Below, in pieces: positions 30,094 to 39,379 of a stretch of 64,000 bases of DNA. The DNA comes from Caulobacteraceae bacterium. GTDB taxonomy: Bacteria; Pseudomonadota; Alphaproteobacteria; Caulobacterales; Caulobacteraceae. Each line of letters starts with the position of its first letter. The first letter of the stretch is position 1. Below the pieces are notes generated by a model. That model was given only the letters and a program-made list of their open reading frames with translations. It was not told the DNA's origin and did no database searches. Location: assembly GCA_036494815.1 (NCBI GenBank), contig DASXNV010000030.1:44858-108857 (forward strand), written 5' to 3'. A program made the translations under genes and the position numbers.

Positions 30094-30846
30094 GTGACCA
30101 CCTCACGCGGCGTCGCCCTGATCACCGGCGCGCCGCGCCGGATCGGCCGGGTTCTGGCCCTGGCGGCGGCCGAGGCCGGCTATGACGTCGCCGTGCACGC
30201 CCGGGCCTTGGATGAAGACGCCCGCTCGCTGGCCGATGCGGTCGATAGCCTTGGTCGTCACAGCGTACTGATGCAGGCCGATCTGGCCGATCCGCACGCG
30301 CCGACCGACCTGATCGCCTGGGCGCAGGACGCTCTGGGGCCGCTGACCCTGCTGGTCAATAACGCCTCGCTGTTCGAGGACGACCGCATCGACAGCCTGA
30401 CCGCGGAGTCCTGGTCGGCGCACATGAACACCAATCTGCGCACACCGATCTTCCTGGCCCAGGCCTTCGCCGCCCAGGCGCCGGCCGGTTCTCTGATCGT
30501 CAATATCCTCGACCAGCGCGTGCTGCGCCCGACGCCGCAGTTCTTCAGCTACGCCCTCAGCAAGGCGGCCCTGTGGGAAGCCACGCGGATGATGGCCCAG
30601 GGCCTGGCGCCGCGCGTGCGGGTCAACGGCATCGGCCCCGGCCCCACGCTGCCCTCGATCCACCAGAGCGCGGCCGAGTTCGCCGCCGAGGCCGCCAATA
30701 TCCCACTGCAGCGCCGCGCCACCCCGGACGAGATCGCCCAGGCCCTGCGCTATCTGATTGACGCAAGGTCCGTCACGGGCCAGATGATCGCCGTCGATGG
30801 CGGCCAGCACCTGGGCTGGCGCACGCCGGACATCCTTGCCCCTTAG
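30094..30846 (+). CDS. Short-chain dehydrogenase/reductase, pteridine-reductase (FolM)-like by context
   Basis: ALITGAPRRIGR (TGxxxxIG), NNAS and Y...K motifs. It lies immediately upstream of folB. Confidence 0.85.
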   Translation: MTTSRGVALITGAPRRIGRVLALAAAEAGYDVAVHARALDEDARSLADAVDSLGRHSVLMQADLADPHAPTDLIAWAQDALGPLTLLVNNASLFEDDRIDSLTAESWSAHMNTNLRTPIFLAQAFAAQAPAGSLIVNILDQRVLRPTPQFFSYALSKAALWEATRMMAQGLAPRVRVNGIGPGPTLPSIHQSAAEFAAEAANIPLQRRATPDEIAQALRYLIDARSVTGQMIAVDGGQHLGWRTPDILAP

Positions 30847-30860
30847 ACTCCGGTGAGCCT

Positions 30861-31265
30861 GTGACCGCAGCCCTGCCCTTTCCGGCTCCCGCCGCCTCGT
30901 CCGCACCGCGCCTGGCGCGGCTGCGGGTGTTCGTGCGCGAGCTGCGTATCGAGGCCGAAATCGGCATCTACGCCCACGAGCACGGCCGCAAGCAGCCTTT
31001 GGTGATCGACGTGGAGCTGGAGATCGCCGCGGCGTCCTGCGAGCACATCGCCGACACCTTGAACTACGAACTGGTGGTCACCCGCGCGCAGCAGATCGCC
31101 GACGCCGGCCACCTGAAACTGATCGAGACCTTCGCCGAACGCCTGGCCCAGGCCTGTCTGGAGGACGAGCGCGTAACCCAGGTGCGGGTGCGCGTGGAAA
31201 AGCCCGAAGCCCTGGCGCCCAGGGCCGCCGCGGCTGGGGTAGAGATCGTTCTGGACCGGTCTTAA
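30861..31265 (+). CDS. folB: Dihydroneopterin aldolase
   Basis: VFVRELRIEAEIGIYAHEHGRKQPLVIDVEL...LNYELV...LIETFAERLA fits the FolB fold pattern. Confidence 0.85.
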   Translation: MTAALPFPAPAASSAPRLARLRVFVRELRIEAEIGIYAHEHGRKQPLVIDVELEIAAASCEHIADTLNYELVVTRAQQIADAGHLKLIETFAERLAQACLEDERVTQVRVRVEKPEALAPRAAAAGVEIVLDRS

Positions 31266-31388
31266 AAGCCGCACTGGGTTACAGCGGATTCACTTGTGTC
31301 GGATGCGGGTCGTGCGCATCTAATTTCAGGCCATCAGGTTCGCCCGAGTCGTCAGCGGCTACAGCGCACATGGCCTGGGAGCGCCGCC

Positions 31389-31802
31389 ATGACCGACCTG
31401 TCCGGGACCATACCGCCAACCGTCGGCGCGGCGCACGAAGACCGCACCCTGCCGGCCGTGGTCTATGGCCTCTATTTCCTGGGGTTGGCCTACGGGGTCA
31501 CGGCCCTGATCGGGCTGATCGTCGCCTACGCCAATCTGGGCTCGGCGGGACCGAAAATGCGCAGTCACTATGTGTTTCAGGTCCGCACGGTCTGGACCGG
31601 CTTGGCCTGGGCCCTGATCGGCGGGGCCTTGATCGTGATCGGAGGTATTTTATCGATCATCCTGATCGGCGTCCCGATCATCAAGCTGGGCTTTTTAGTC
31701 CTCAGCTTGATCTGCCTCTGGGCGCTCGCCCGCTGCATCGCCGGCGCAATCTACCTGTCCCAGGACCAGGCCTATCCGCGCCCGCGTAGCTGGCTGCTCT
31801 GA
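31389..31802 (+). CDS. Small integral membrane protein (DUF4870/COG3671-like)
   Basis: Start at MTDLSG. It has three hydrophobic helices and the ..IVAYANLG....MRSHYVFQVRTVWTGL.. motif. Confidence 0.7.
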   Translation: MTDLSGTIPPTVGAAHEDRTLPAVVYGLYFLGLAYGVTALIGLIVAYANLGSAGPKMRSHYVFQVRTVWTGLAWALIGGALIVIGGILSIILIGVPIIKLGFLVLSLICLWALARCIAGAIYLSQDQAYPRPRSWLL

Positions 31803-31811
31803 AGCGGAGCC

Positions 31812-32075
31812 TTAGCGTCCGCCGCCGCCGGTGATCTCTTTGATCATGGCTTGAATTTGGGCCTTGCCGCCGGCGCCCCACACCACCTTCAGATGGGCCA
31901 GGGTACGGGCGGCGGGACCTTCGAACTTCCACTCGCAATCGCTGAAACGGCAATTGTCGAAGCTGGGCGGCGCCTCGCCTGCATAGACCATCCGGCAGGA
32001 GCGGAATTCGCAGTCGGCGAAATGTTCGCCGTCCAGCGGGACGGTCTCGTGGTTGAAGATGGTCGCGGTTTGCAT
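31812..32075 (-). CDS. Small pentapeptide-repeat-like protein (87 aa) with duplicated F.(D/N)C.F..C motif
   Basis: HFADCEFRSCRMVYAG and SFDNCRFSDCEWKFEG align residue for residue. High GC3. Confidence 0.6.
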   Translation of the reverse strand: MQTATIFNHETVPLDGEHFADCEFRSCRMVYAGEAPPSFDNCRFSDCEWKFEGPAARTLAHLKVVWGAGGKAQIQAMIKEITGGGGR

Positions 32076-32083
32076 GGCGGTGT

Positions 32084-32248
32084 TCAGCTTTCCTCGTCCG
32101 ACGCGCCGGACGTGTCGCCTTGCGGCTCGGATAGAGCCCGTTCACGCTCGCGCTGGTCGCGCTTGGCGTTGGCCTTTTCGGCCAGCTTGATCGCCTTGAG
32201 GCGCTCGCGCTCCTGGCGTTCGAAAGAGTAGTTGGGTTTGCGAGCCAT
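32084..32248 (-). CDS. Candidate 54-aa highly charged small protein (MARKPNYSFERQERERLKAIKLAEKANAKRDQRERERALSEPQGDTSGASDEES)
   Basis: Below the size cut-off of the ORF track. ATG at 32248 is preceded by a GGGAGA RBS. Third positions are G/C-biased. Its stop codon is 8 nt upstream of the next gene's start. Confidence 0.5.
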   Translation of the reverse strand: MARKPNYSFERQERERLKAIKLAEKANAKRDQRERERALSEPQGDTSGASDEES

Positions 32249-32324
32249 GAGGGCGATCTCCCGTTTGGCGTCAGACGCGCCAGCTGATGACTGAGGCGCG
32301 ACCCATACGGGGAATCGCGCCTTA

Positions 32325-32368
32325 CCGGTTTAGCGCGCCTTGCGGGCCGGTTTAGCGCGCCTTGCGGG
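32325..32368. repeat. Perfect 22-bp tandem duplication (ccggtttagcgcgccttgcggg x2) spanning the stop codon of the gene at 32352-32708
   Basis: Read directly from the sequence. Copy 1 is 32325-32346 and copy 2 is 32347-32368. Confidence 0.9.
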
Positions 32369-32708
32369 CGGCGTAACGGGCGTCGCGTTTGGCCTTGGCT
32401 TCCGCCTTGGTCAGCGCCTTGCGTTCCTTGCGCTGGCCGCGCTTGGCGTCAAGGTCGGCGGCTTCCAGGGCTTCCTGCTCCAGGCGGGCGGCTTCCTGGG
32501 CTTCGAGCACGGCCTGCTTGGCCGCGGCCTTGGCCTTGGCGCGATCCTCGCGGACCATGTCCAGCTCGGCGGCCTTCTTGGCGGCGCGTTCCGTGAAATT
32601 CGGGTCGATGACCGTCGGCTTGGGCTGGAACTTGGCCAGCAAGGCCTTCTTGGCCTCCGAAGCGGTCTTCAGTCGGTCGGCGAAGCCGGTATTGAGAGAT
32701 GCGTTCAT
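32352..32708 (-). CDS. Lys/Ala/Glu-rich small protein (DUF6481-like)
   Basis: MNASLNTGFADRLKTASEAKKALLAKFQPKP...; a charged, coiled-coil-like C-terminal half. The family name is from memory. Confidence 0.7.
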   Translation of the reverse strand: MNASLNTGFADRLKTASEAKKALLAKFQPKPTVIDPNFTERAAKKAAELDMVREDRAKAKAAAKQAVLEAQEAARLEQEALEAADLDAKRGQRKERKALTKAEAKAKRDARYAARKAR

Positions 32709-32868
32709 GGGACTTTCGGTAGCGCGGACCTAGTGGGACGGGGCCACCAGGCTGCGTGGAGCTATGGAGGACGCAACTCTGAGCGACCCAGGGTGGGGTC
32801 CGTCCGCTCGGTCAGCGTCAGCGCCCTGGTTCGGATCAACGACCCGAACCAGGTTCGCCAGTCGTCTT

Positions 32869-33078
32869 TTAGACGGCCTGAAGTTGGCCAGCGGACATCT
32901 TGCCGCTGCGTTGGTCGCGCTCGAGTTCGAACGAAAGCTTTTGGCCTTCGTTGATCGAACCCAGGCCCGCACGCTCGACGGCCGAGATGTGCACGAACAC
33001 GTCCGCGCCGCCATTGTCAGGCTGGATGAAGCCGAAGCCCTTGGTGGCGTTGAACCACTTCACAGTGCCGATGGTCAT
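32869..33078 (-). CDS. Cold-shock protein (CspA family)
   Basis: [34 protein letters not shown] carries the RNP1 and RNP2 motifs. Confidence 0.92.
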   Translation of the reverse strand: MTIGTVKWFNATKGFGFIQPDNGGADVFVHISAVERAGLGSINEGQKLSFELERDQRSGKMSAGQLQAV

Positions 33079-33280
33079 AGATTTCACCTTTCCGGTGTGA
33101 TTATTCGCGCGGCCAAAATGGCGCACTTGATCAAATTGTCGGAGAGGATCGTGGCAGGCCCGGGAGCTTGAACCGAAGAGCAAGCGTGGAGAGCAACCGA
33201 ACCAAAGCGATATTCGATGGCTCATCTACCATCGATCGCTGGAGAAAATCCAGGGAAATTGCCGATTTATTGGAATAATA

Positions 33281-33309
33281 TTTCTAGCTGAGCCGGCAAG
33301 TCAGCGCAA
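33281..33309 (-). promoter_or_regulatory. Candidate sigma-70-type promoter for csp (TTGCGC-N15-GCTAGAAA on the minus strand)
   Basis: Resembles the Caulobacter-type TTGACGS / GCTANAWC consensus. It would give a ~200-nt 5' UTR. Confidence 0.25.
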
Positions 33310-33356
33310 TTCCTGAACAAATTGAAGTTGTTCGCTCAGGCGTCCGCAACGTAGCA

Positions 33357-33383
33357 GCCCCTCCTCCGCAAAGGAGAAGGGGC
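33357..33383 (-). terminator. Hairpin (gcccctcctcc / ggagaaggggc) just downstream of ilvE
   Basis: 11-bp stem with one G-U, 8 nt after the ilvE stop codon. No U-tract. Confidence 0.4.
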
Positions 33384-33390
33384 TCTGGCC

Positions 33391-34278
33391 CTACGCCGGC
33401 TGCAGTTGCCGCCGGACCATCCGGGCATAGTCTTCCATCAGCCCCAGCGAGATGTCGCCGGGGGTGTAGCGATGCTCGGCGATCTCAGCCACCGGGGTGA
33501 CTTCGGCGGCGGTGCCGCAGATGAACACCTCGGAGAAGGTCGACAGTTCGCTGGCCGGGATGTGGCGCTGCACCACTTCCAGGCCCTTGCTCTTGGCGAT
33601 GGCGATCACGCTTCTGCGGGTGATGCCGTCCAAGAAGCAGTCGGGTTCTGGGGTGTGGATCACGCCATCGCGCACCAGGAAGATGTTGGCGCCCGTCGCC
33701 TCGGCCACATAGCCGCGCCAGTCCAGCATCAGGGCGTCGGCATAGCCTTGCTTTTCCGCCGCGTGCTTGGAGATGGTGCAGATCATGTAGAGGCCCGCCG
33801 CCTTGGACCCGGTAGGCGCCGTTTCCGGCGAGGGCCGCTTGTACTTGGCGTAGGTCAGGCGGATGCCGCGGGCCTTTTCTTCCGGCTTGAAGTAGCTGGG
33901 CCATTCCCAGCAGGCGATGGCGGTGTGGATGGTGGTGTTCTGGGCCGAAACCCCGATCATCTCCGTCCCGCGCCAGGAGATCGGCCGGACATAGGCGTCG
34001 TCCAGCCCGTTCTTGGCGCAGACTTCCCGGCTGGCGCGGTCGATCTCGGCCACGCTGTAGGGGATCTTGAAGTCGAGGATCTCGGCCGAATTATGCAGGC
34101 GCTGGCTGTGCTGGGTCAGCTCGTAGATTTCCCCGCCATACATGCGCTCGCCCTCGAATACCGCCGAGGCGTAGTGCAGGCCGTGGGTCAGTAAGTGCAC
34201 CTTCGCCTCGCGCCAGGGGGTGAACGCCCCGTCCAGCCAGATCCAGCCATCACGATCATCGAAGGGAAGCAAAGACAT
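33391..34278 (-). CDS. ilvE: Branched-chain amino acid aminotransferase
   Basis: GLHYASAVFEGER.Y..., fold-type IV PLP motifs, and EVFICGTAAEVTPV. Confidence 0.9.
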   Translation of the reverse strand: MSLLPFDDRDGWIWLDGAFTPWREAKVHLLTHGLHYASAVFEGERMYGGEIYELTQHSQRLHNSAEILDFKIPYSVAEIDRASREVCAKNGLDDAYVRPISWRGTEMIGVSAQNTTIHTAIACWEWPSYFKPEEKARGIRLTYAKYKRPSPETAPTGSKAAGLYMICTISKHAAEKQGYADALMLDWRGYVAEATGANIFLVRDGVIHTPEPDCFLDGITRRSVIAIAKSKGLEVVQRHIPASELSTFSEVFICGTAAEVTPVAEIAEHRYTPGDISLGLMEDYARMVRRQLQPA

Positions 34279-34423
34279 CGGCGAATTTCCTTATTGCCGC
34301 TTGAAAGCGTCCATCAGAGCGCCGGATCGCACCAAAAGGACGGCGGCAAGCCCTATATCATATTGGCGAGCATGTGCACGCCCGCCCTGCTAGGTTCCTG
34401 TTCGGGGCGCACGAGGAGAGTCC

Positions 34424-35131
34424 ATGAACGCGAGGGTCGGGGCGGACAGCCGGGAGCGCCATCTGCTGGTGGTCGACGATGACGACCGTATCCGCGACCT
34501 GTTGCGCGAATTCCTAGCCCGGGCTGGCTTTCGCGTCAGTGTGGCGGCCGATGCGGCGGCGGCCCGGCGGCTGCTTGCGGCGCTGGAGTTCGACCTTCTG
34601 GTGTTCGACGTGATGATGCCCGGGGAGGACGGCTTTTCCCTGACCCGCTGGGTGCGCGCCCATGCCCCATCGCGCCTGACCCCGGTCCTGATGCTCACCG
34701 CCCGCGACGCCGCCGATGACCGTATCGAGGGCCTGACCCTGGGCGCCGATGACTATCTGGCCAAGCCCTTCGAGCCCCAGGAACTTTTGCTGCGCATCGA
34801 AGCCATCCTGCGCCGCACCGCCGCCAAGCCGGCCGGCGAACGGCGGCTGTCACTGGGACGCTGCAGTTTTGACGTCGATCGCGGCGAACTGTTGGAGGGC
34901 GAAGCGCCGGTGCGCCTGACCGAGGCCGAGGCGCAGTTGCTGCGCCGGCTGGCGGCCAACGCCCACGCGCCAGTGGACCGGCTGGACCTGGCCCGCGAGA
35001 CCGCCGACGCCAGCGGCCGGGCGGTGGATGTGCAGGTCACCCGCCTGCGCCGCAAGATCGAGGTGGATCCCAAGGCGCCCCGCTATCTGCAGACCGTGCG
35101 CGGGGTCGGCTACATGCTGGCACCGGACTAG
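34424..35131 (+). CDS. OmpR-family response regulator
   Basis: Receiver domain (LLVVDDDDRIRDLL...DLLVFDVMMPGEDG...LTAR) plus a winged-helix C-terminus (VDVQVTRLRRKIE..P..PRYLQTVRGVGY). Confidence 0.9.
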   Translation: MNARVGADSRERHLLVVDDDDRIRDLLREFLARAGFRVSVAADAAAARRLLAALEFDLLVFDVMMPGEDGFSLTRWVRAHAPSRLTPVLMLTARDAADDRIEGLTLGADDYLAKPFEPQELLLRIEAILRRTAAKPAGERRLSLGRCSFDVDRGELLEGEAPVRLTEAEAQLLRRLAANAHAPVDRLDLARETADASGRAVDVQVTRLRRKIEVDPKAPRYLQTVRGVGYMLAPD

Positions 35132-35141
35132 ATCGCCTTCC

Positions 35142-36500
35142 GTGCCCTCCCTTTCCGCCCGCCTGGCCTCGCGCCTGTTCTGGCCGCGCCTGTTCAAGCG
35201 CTGGCTGCCGACCTCGTTGTTCGGCCGCTCGCTGCTGATCATCGTGCTGCCGGTGGCCCTGATGCAGATCGCGGTGACCTGGGCCTTTTTCGACGCGCAG
35301 TGGCAGACCGTCACGGGACGCCTGTCCGAGGGGCTGGCCGGCGACGTCGCCTGGGTGGTGGAAACCTATGAGAGCGATCCCTCGCCCGCCGGCTTCGCCA
35401 AGCTGACGCGCCAGGCCGACCGGTCCCTGGGCCTGTCGGTGGCCCTGCAGGACGGCCGCGCCCTGCCCACCTCCTATCGTGAATCGCCGATCGTACCGGT
35501 GGACCGGGCGTTGAAACGCGCCCTCAACGACCGCCTGGACCAGCCCTTCTGGTTCGATTCCACCCGCTATCCGGCCTATCTCGACATCCGGGTGCTGGTG
35601 AAGGGCGGGGTCCTGCGCATCATCGCCCCGCGCGACAGGGCCATGGCCACCAAGAGCCACATCTTCATCCTGTGGATGACCGGCGCCACGGTGCTTCTGA
35701 CCGGGGTCGCCATCCTGTTCATCCGCAACCAGGTGCGGGCCATCGAGCGATTGGCGGACGCCGCCGACGCCTTCGGCCGCGGCGGCGACGTGCCCCAGTT
35801 CAAGCCCTATGGCGCGCGCGAGGTGCGCAAGGCCGCCCACGCCTTCATCGCCATGAAGGAGCGCATCCAGCGCCACATCGACCAGCGCACGGCCCTTCTG
35901 GCCTCGGTCAGCCACGATCTGCGCACGCCCCTGACCCGGCTCAAGCTGGAGGCGGCCCTGGCCGAGCCCAGCCCGCGCGTGGACGCCATCAAGCGTGACC
36001 TGTCGGAAATGGAGCACATGATCGACGAATACCTCGCCTTCGCCCGCGGCCAGGGCGGCGAGGCCGCGGAAGAGGCTCTCCTGCGCCCACTGATCGAGGC
36101 GGTGGCCGATGGGGCCGTACGCGGCGGCGCGAGCCTGAGCCTGCAGATCGACGGCGATCTGACCGCCAAGGTGCGGCCCAACGCCCTCAAGCGCGCCCTG
36201 TCCAATCTGATCATGAACGCCGCCGCCCACGGCCAGAACGTCGCCGTCGCCGCCCAGGCCCGCACAGCCGGCGGGGTGGAGATCACCGTCGATGACGATG
36301 GCCCCGGTATTCCGCCCGAGCGCTACGAAGACGCCTTCAGGCCGTTCAATCGCCTTGATGAGGCCCGCAACCAGAACGAAAAAGGCGTGGGCCTTGGCCT
36401 GGCCATCGCCCGGGACGTGGCTCGGGGCCTGGGCGGGGACGTGACCCTGGATCGCAGCCCTCTGGGCGGCTTGCGGGCCATCGTGCGCCTACCGGGCTAA
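35142..36500 (+). CDS. EnvZ-like sensor histidine kinase (2 TM, HAMP, HisKA, HATPase_c)
   Basis: GTG at 35142. H-box SVSHDLRTPLTR, N-box LSNLIMNAAAHG, G-boxes DDDGPGIP and GVGLGLAI. Confidence 0.85.
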   Translation: MPSLSARLASRLFWPRLFKRWLPTSLFGRSLLIIVLPVALMQIAVTWAFFDAQWQTVTGRLSEGLAGDVAWVVETYESDPSPAGFAKLTRQADRSLGLSVALQDGRALPTSYRESPIVPVDRALKRALNDRLDQPFWFDSTRYPAYLDIRVLVKGGVLRIIAPRDRAMATKSHIFILWMTGATVLLTGVAILFIRNQVRAIERLADAADAFGRGGDVPQFKPYGAREVRKAAHAFIAMKERIQRHIDQRTALLASVSHDLRTPLTRLKLEAALAEPSPRVDAIKRDLSEMEHMIDEYLAFARGQGGEAAEEALLRPLIEAVADGAVRGGASLSLQIDGDLTAKVRPNALKRALSNLIMNAAAHGQNVAVAAQARTAGGVEITVDDDGPGIPPERYEDAFRPFNRLDEARNQNEKGVGLGLAIARDVARGLGGDVTLDRSPLGGLRAIVRLPG

Positions 36501-36506
36501 TAGGCC

Positions 36507-38354
36507 CTAAGCCGGCGCGGCCCAGCGGTCGATCTTGCTCAGCAGTTCCTGCGGATTGATCGGCTTGCCGATGTGATCGTTCATCCCGGCCAGGCGACAG
36601 GCCTCCACATGCACCGGCAGGACATTGGCGCTCACCGCCAGGATCGGGGTGCGGCGGTTGAGCTCGGAATTGGCGCGGATGGCGCGGGTCGCCGCCAGGC
36701 CGTCCATGCCGGGCATCTGCAGGTCCATCAGGATCAGGTCGAAACTGGTGTGCAGGGCCGCCTCCACCGCCTCCACGCCATTGGTGGCCTCGGTCAGCTG
36801 CAGATCGAAGGGCGACAGCAGGGTCGAGACCAGTTCGCGGTTCACCGCCACGTCATCGACCACCATGATCCGCATCGGCGCGAGCCGCCAATCCTCGCCC
36901 TGGCGCACCACATCGGCGGTGGATCGAGGCGCTTGGGCCGGGGCCAGGACCGTAAACCAGAAGGTCGAGCCGCGCCCTTCCTCGCTGGCCACGCCGATCT
37001 CGCCGCCCATCACCTCGGTCAGGCCCTTGGAGATGGCCAGGCCCAGGCCGGCGCCGCCATACTGGCGGGTGTTGGAGCCGTCGACCTGGGAGAAGCGCTG
37101 GAACAGCCGGTCGGCATAGTCCGGTGAAACGCCCACGCCGGTGTCGGTCACGTCGAACCGCAGGCGCCCGCCGTCCTCGGCCTGATAGCTCACGGCGACG
37201 GTTATGGAGCCTTGGGTGGTGAACTTGATGGCGTTGCTGAGCAGATTCAGCAGCACCTGGCGCAGACGGCCGCTGTCCGCGCGCACGGTTACCGGCAGGC
37301 CGCCGCGCCGCTCGGTCCGCAGGTCCAGCCCCTTCCTGCGGGCGTCGGCCAGGACCAGGTCGACCGTGTCTTTCAGAAAAGGATCCAGATCGAAGGGCTG
37401 CGGGTCCAGCTCGATCTGACCGGCGTCCAGCCTGGAGAAATCCAGCACGTCGTTGACAATGGACAACAGGGCCTGGCCGCCCATGGTGATCCGATTGATA
37501 TAACGGCGGGCCTGCTCGGGCAGGCCATCCATCCGCTCCAACAGGCCGGCGAAGCCGATCACGCCGGTCAGGGGCGTGCGGATTTCGTGGCTCATATTGG
37601 CGACGAATTCGGCCTTGGCGACGTTGGAAGCATCAGCCGCCATGCGCTGGCGGCGCAGCTCGTCCTCCATCGTCTTGCGGTCGGTGATATCGCGCAGGAC
37701 CGTGACCACGCCGACGACGACGCCATTGTCATCACGAATGGTGGCCGGACTTCCTTCAAGAAACACCCAATCGCCGTCGACGCGGCGCACCCGGACTTCT
37801 CGCAGCTCGCTCACAGGACGGCCGCCAATCGTGTCCACGCGCCGGCGGCGCACCGCCGCCTCGTCGTCGGGATGGATAAATTCGCTCATATTGCGGCCGA
37901 CCAATTGCTCCGGCTGATAGCCGAGCTGCCGGATCGATGGCGACATGTATTCAATCATGCCCTGCGGATCGTAGCGTAGGATCATGTCGGTGGCGCGCTC
38001 GGCCAGCATCCGATAGCGCGCTTCGCTTTCACGCAGCTGTTCTAGGGCCAACTCAGCCGCAGCCTGGGCGCGTTCGGCTTCCTGGCGACGCAGCTGGATT
38101 TCAACGGCTGCGCGGTCCTTCTCCACGATACTATCCGTCAGGCGCTGTTGCGTCTGGCGCACGTTGAAATGCTGATTTATGAGAACAAATCCGATCGGGC
38201 CGCCCACCAGTATTGTAATAATTATGGTGTTCAAAGGCGTATAAGTGCCAGGAGATCGTAGGATCAGACAATCAATGACATAGCTGACCACCAGCGCCAC
38301 GAACAGGATCAACGACACAACCACAAAGGTTGCAGTTAATTTCTTCAGCAGCAT
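36507..38354 (-). CDS. Hybrid sensor histidine kinase/response regulator with N-terminal TM segment, coiled coil and PAS domain
   Basis: H-box [12 protein letters not shown], HATPase motifs ([26 protein letters not shown]), and a receiver domain (IMVVDD...[14 protein letters not shown]). Confidence 0.88.
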   Translation of the reverse strand: MLLKKLTATFVVVSLILFVALVVSYVIDCLILRSPGTYTPLNTIIITILVGGPIGFVLINQHFNVRQTQQRLTDSIVEKDRAAVEIQLRRQEAERAQAAAELALEQLRESEARYRMLAERATDMILRYDPQGMIEYMSPSIRQLGYQPEQLVGRNMSEFIHPDDEAAVRRRRVDTIGGRPVSELREVRVRRVDGDWVFLEGSPATIRDDNGVVVGVVTVLRDITDRKTMEDELRRQRMAADASNVAKAEFVANMSHEIRTPLTGVIGFAGLLERMDGLPEQARRYINRITMGGQALLSIVNDVLDFSRLDAGQIELDPQPFDLDPFLKDTVDLVLADARRKGLDLRTERRGGLPVTVRADSGRLRQVLLNLLSNAIKFTTQGSITVAVSYQAEDGGRLRFDVTDTGVGVSPDYADRLFQRFSQVDGSNTRQYGGAGLGLAISKGLTEVMGGEIGVASEEGRGSTFWFTVLAPAQAPRSTADVVRQGEDWRLAPMRIMVVDDVAVNRELVSTLLSPFDLQLTEATNGVEAVEAALHTSFDLILMDLQMPGMDGLAATRAIRANSELNRRTPILAVSANVLPVHVEACRLAGMNDHIGKPINPQELLSKIDRWAAPA

Positions 38355-38567
38355 ACCGACGTCTCTATTTCACGAAATCCGCAAGCATTGATCCAAGTTA
38401 ATCTGCTGAAAATGATGACGAATCATCCCGCCCACATTGGCGTGTCAGCCGCCCGAAGCCGACTATAGGCCATCTGGGCCACAATGGGGCCGCTTGATTG
38501 TGCGGCATTTTCGGCCATCGGGGCCGGATCCGCACAGGCCTATCTCGCCTGGATCAGAGTTGAACGC

Positions 38568-39365
38568 TCAGAGTCCCAGGTCCCGCGCGCGCTTGACCGC
38601 TTCGTCCACCGCCAGATCCATGAGCGGCCACAGCCCGTCCTCGCCCATCAGCACCTTCAGGGCGGCCTCGGTGGTGCCGCCGGGCGAGGTGACCTGGCGG
38701 CGCAGCTCAGCGGGGTCCTCGCCGGTGTGTTCCAACAGCGCAGCCGCGCCGATCAGGGTGGCGCGCACCATTCGGCTGGCGGCGTCCGGCGCCAGGCCCT
38801 GCGCCCGCCCCGCGGCCTCCAACGCCTCGATCAAGGCGTAGAAATAGGCTGGGGCCGAACCGGAAACGCCGGTGGCCACATCGACCAACGCCTCGTCCTC
38901 CAGATCGGCGCAGGTCGCGACCGGCTGGAACAGGGCGTGGGCGCGATGGCGGGCCAAAGGCTCGGCCGCAAAGATCGAGGCCGCGCCCTTGGCCAGGGCG
39001 ACAGCGGTGGTCGGCATCACTCGGGCGACCGGGCGGCCACGGAAGGCGGCGGACAGGCTTTTGATGCTGACGCCGGCGGCGATGGAGACAACCACCGCGC
39101 CTGGAGCCAGCAATGGCTCCACGGCCTCGGCCGCCTGCTGCCAGAGCTGTGGCTTGACCGCGATCAACACGGTGGCCGCCTCGCCTAAGGCGCCATCGGG
39201 CGGATTGAGCCGCGCCCCCGCCGCCTCGGCCGCCAAGGCGGCCGGACCCGGATTGGGATCGCGCAGAATGAGATCGGCGGGTTCAAAAGCGCCGCTGCGG
39301 GACCAGCCTTCGACCAGCGCCCCGCCCATACGGCCCGCGCCCAGGATCAGGATTGGCACGCTCAT
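38568..39365 (-). CDS. proC: Pyrroline-5-carboxylate reductase
   Basis: ILGAGRMGGALV, SGSAPAYFYALIEAL and VTSPGGTTEAAL motifs. Confidence 0.9.
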   Translation of the reverse strand: MSVPILILGAGRMGGALVEGWSRSGAFEPADLILRDPNPGPAALAAEAAGARLNPPDGALGEAATVLIAVKPQLWQQAAEAVEPLLAPGAVVVSIAAGVSIKSLSAAFRGRPVARVMPTTAVALAKGAASIFAAEPLARHRAHALFQPVATCADLEDEALVDVATGVSGSAPAYFYALIEALEAAGRAQGLAPDAASRMVRATLIGAAALLEHTGEDPAELRRQVTSPGGTTEAALKVLMGEDGLWPLMDLAVDEAVKRARDLGL

Positions 39366-39379
39366 GGTCTATAAGACCC

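Noticed and set aside
32249-32868. A general-stress (EcfG-type, GGAAC-N16/17-CGTT) promoter upstream of the small charged-protein genes.
   Set aside because: I searched both intergenic regions by eye and found no GGAAC/CGTT pair with the right spacing.
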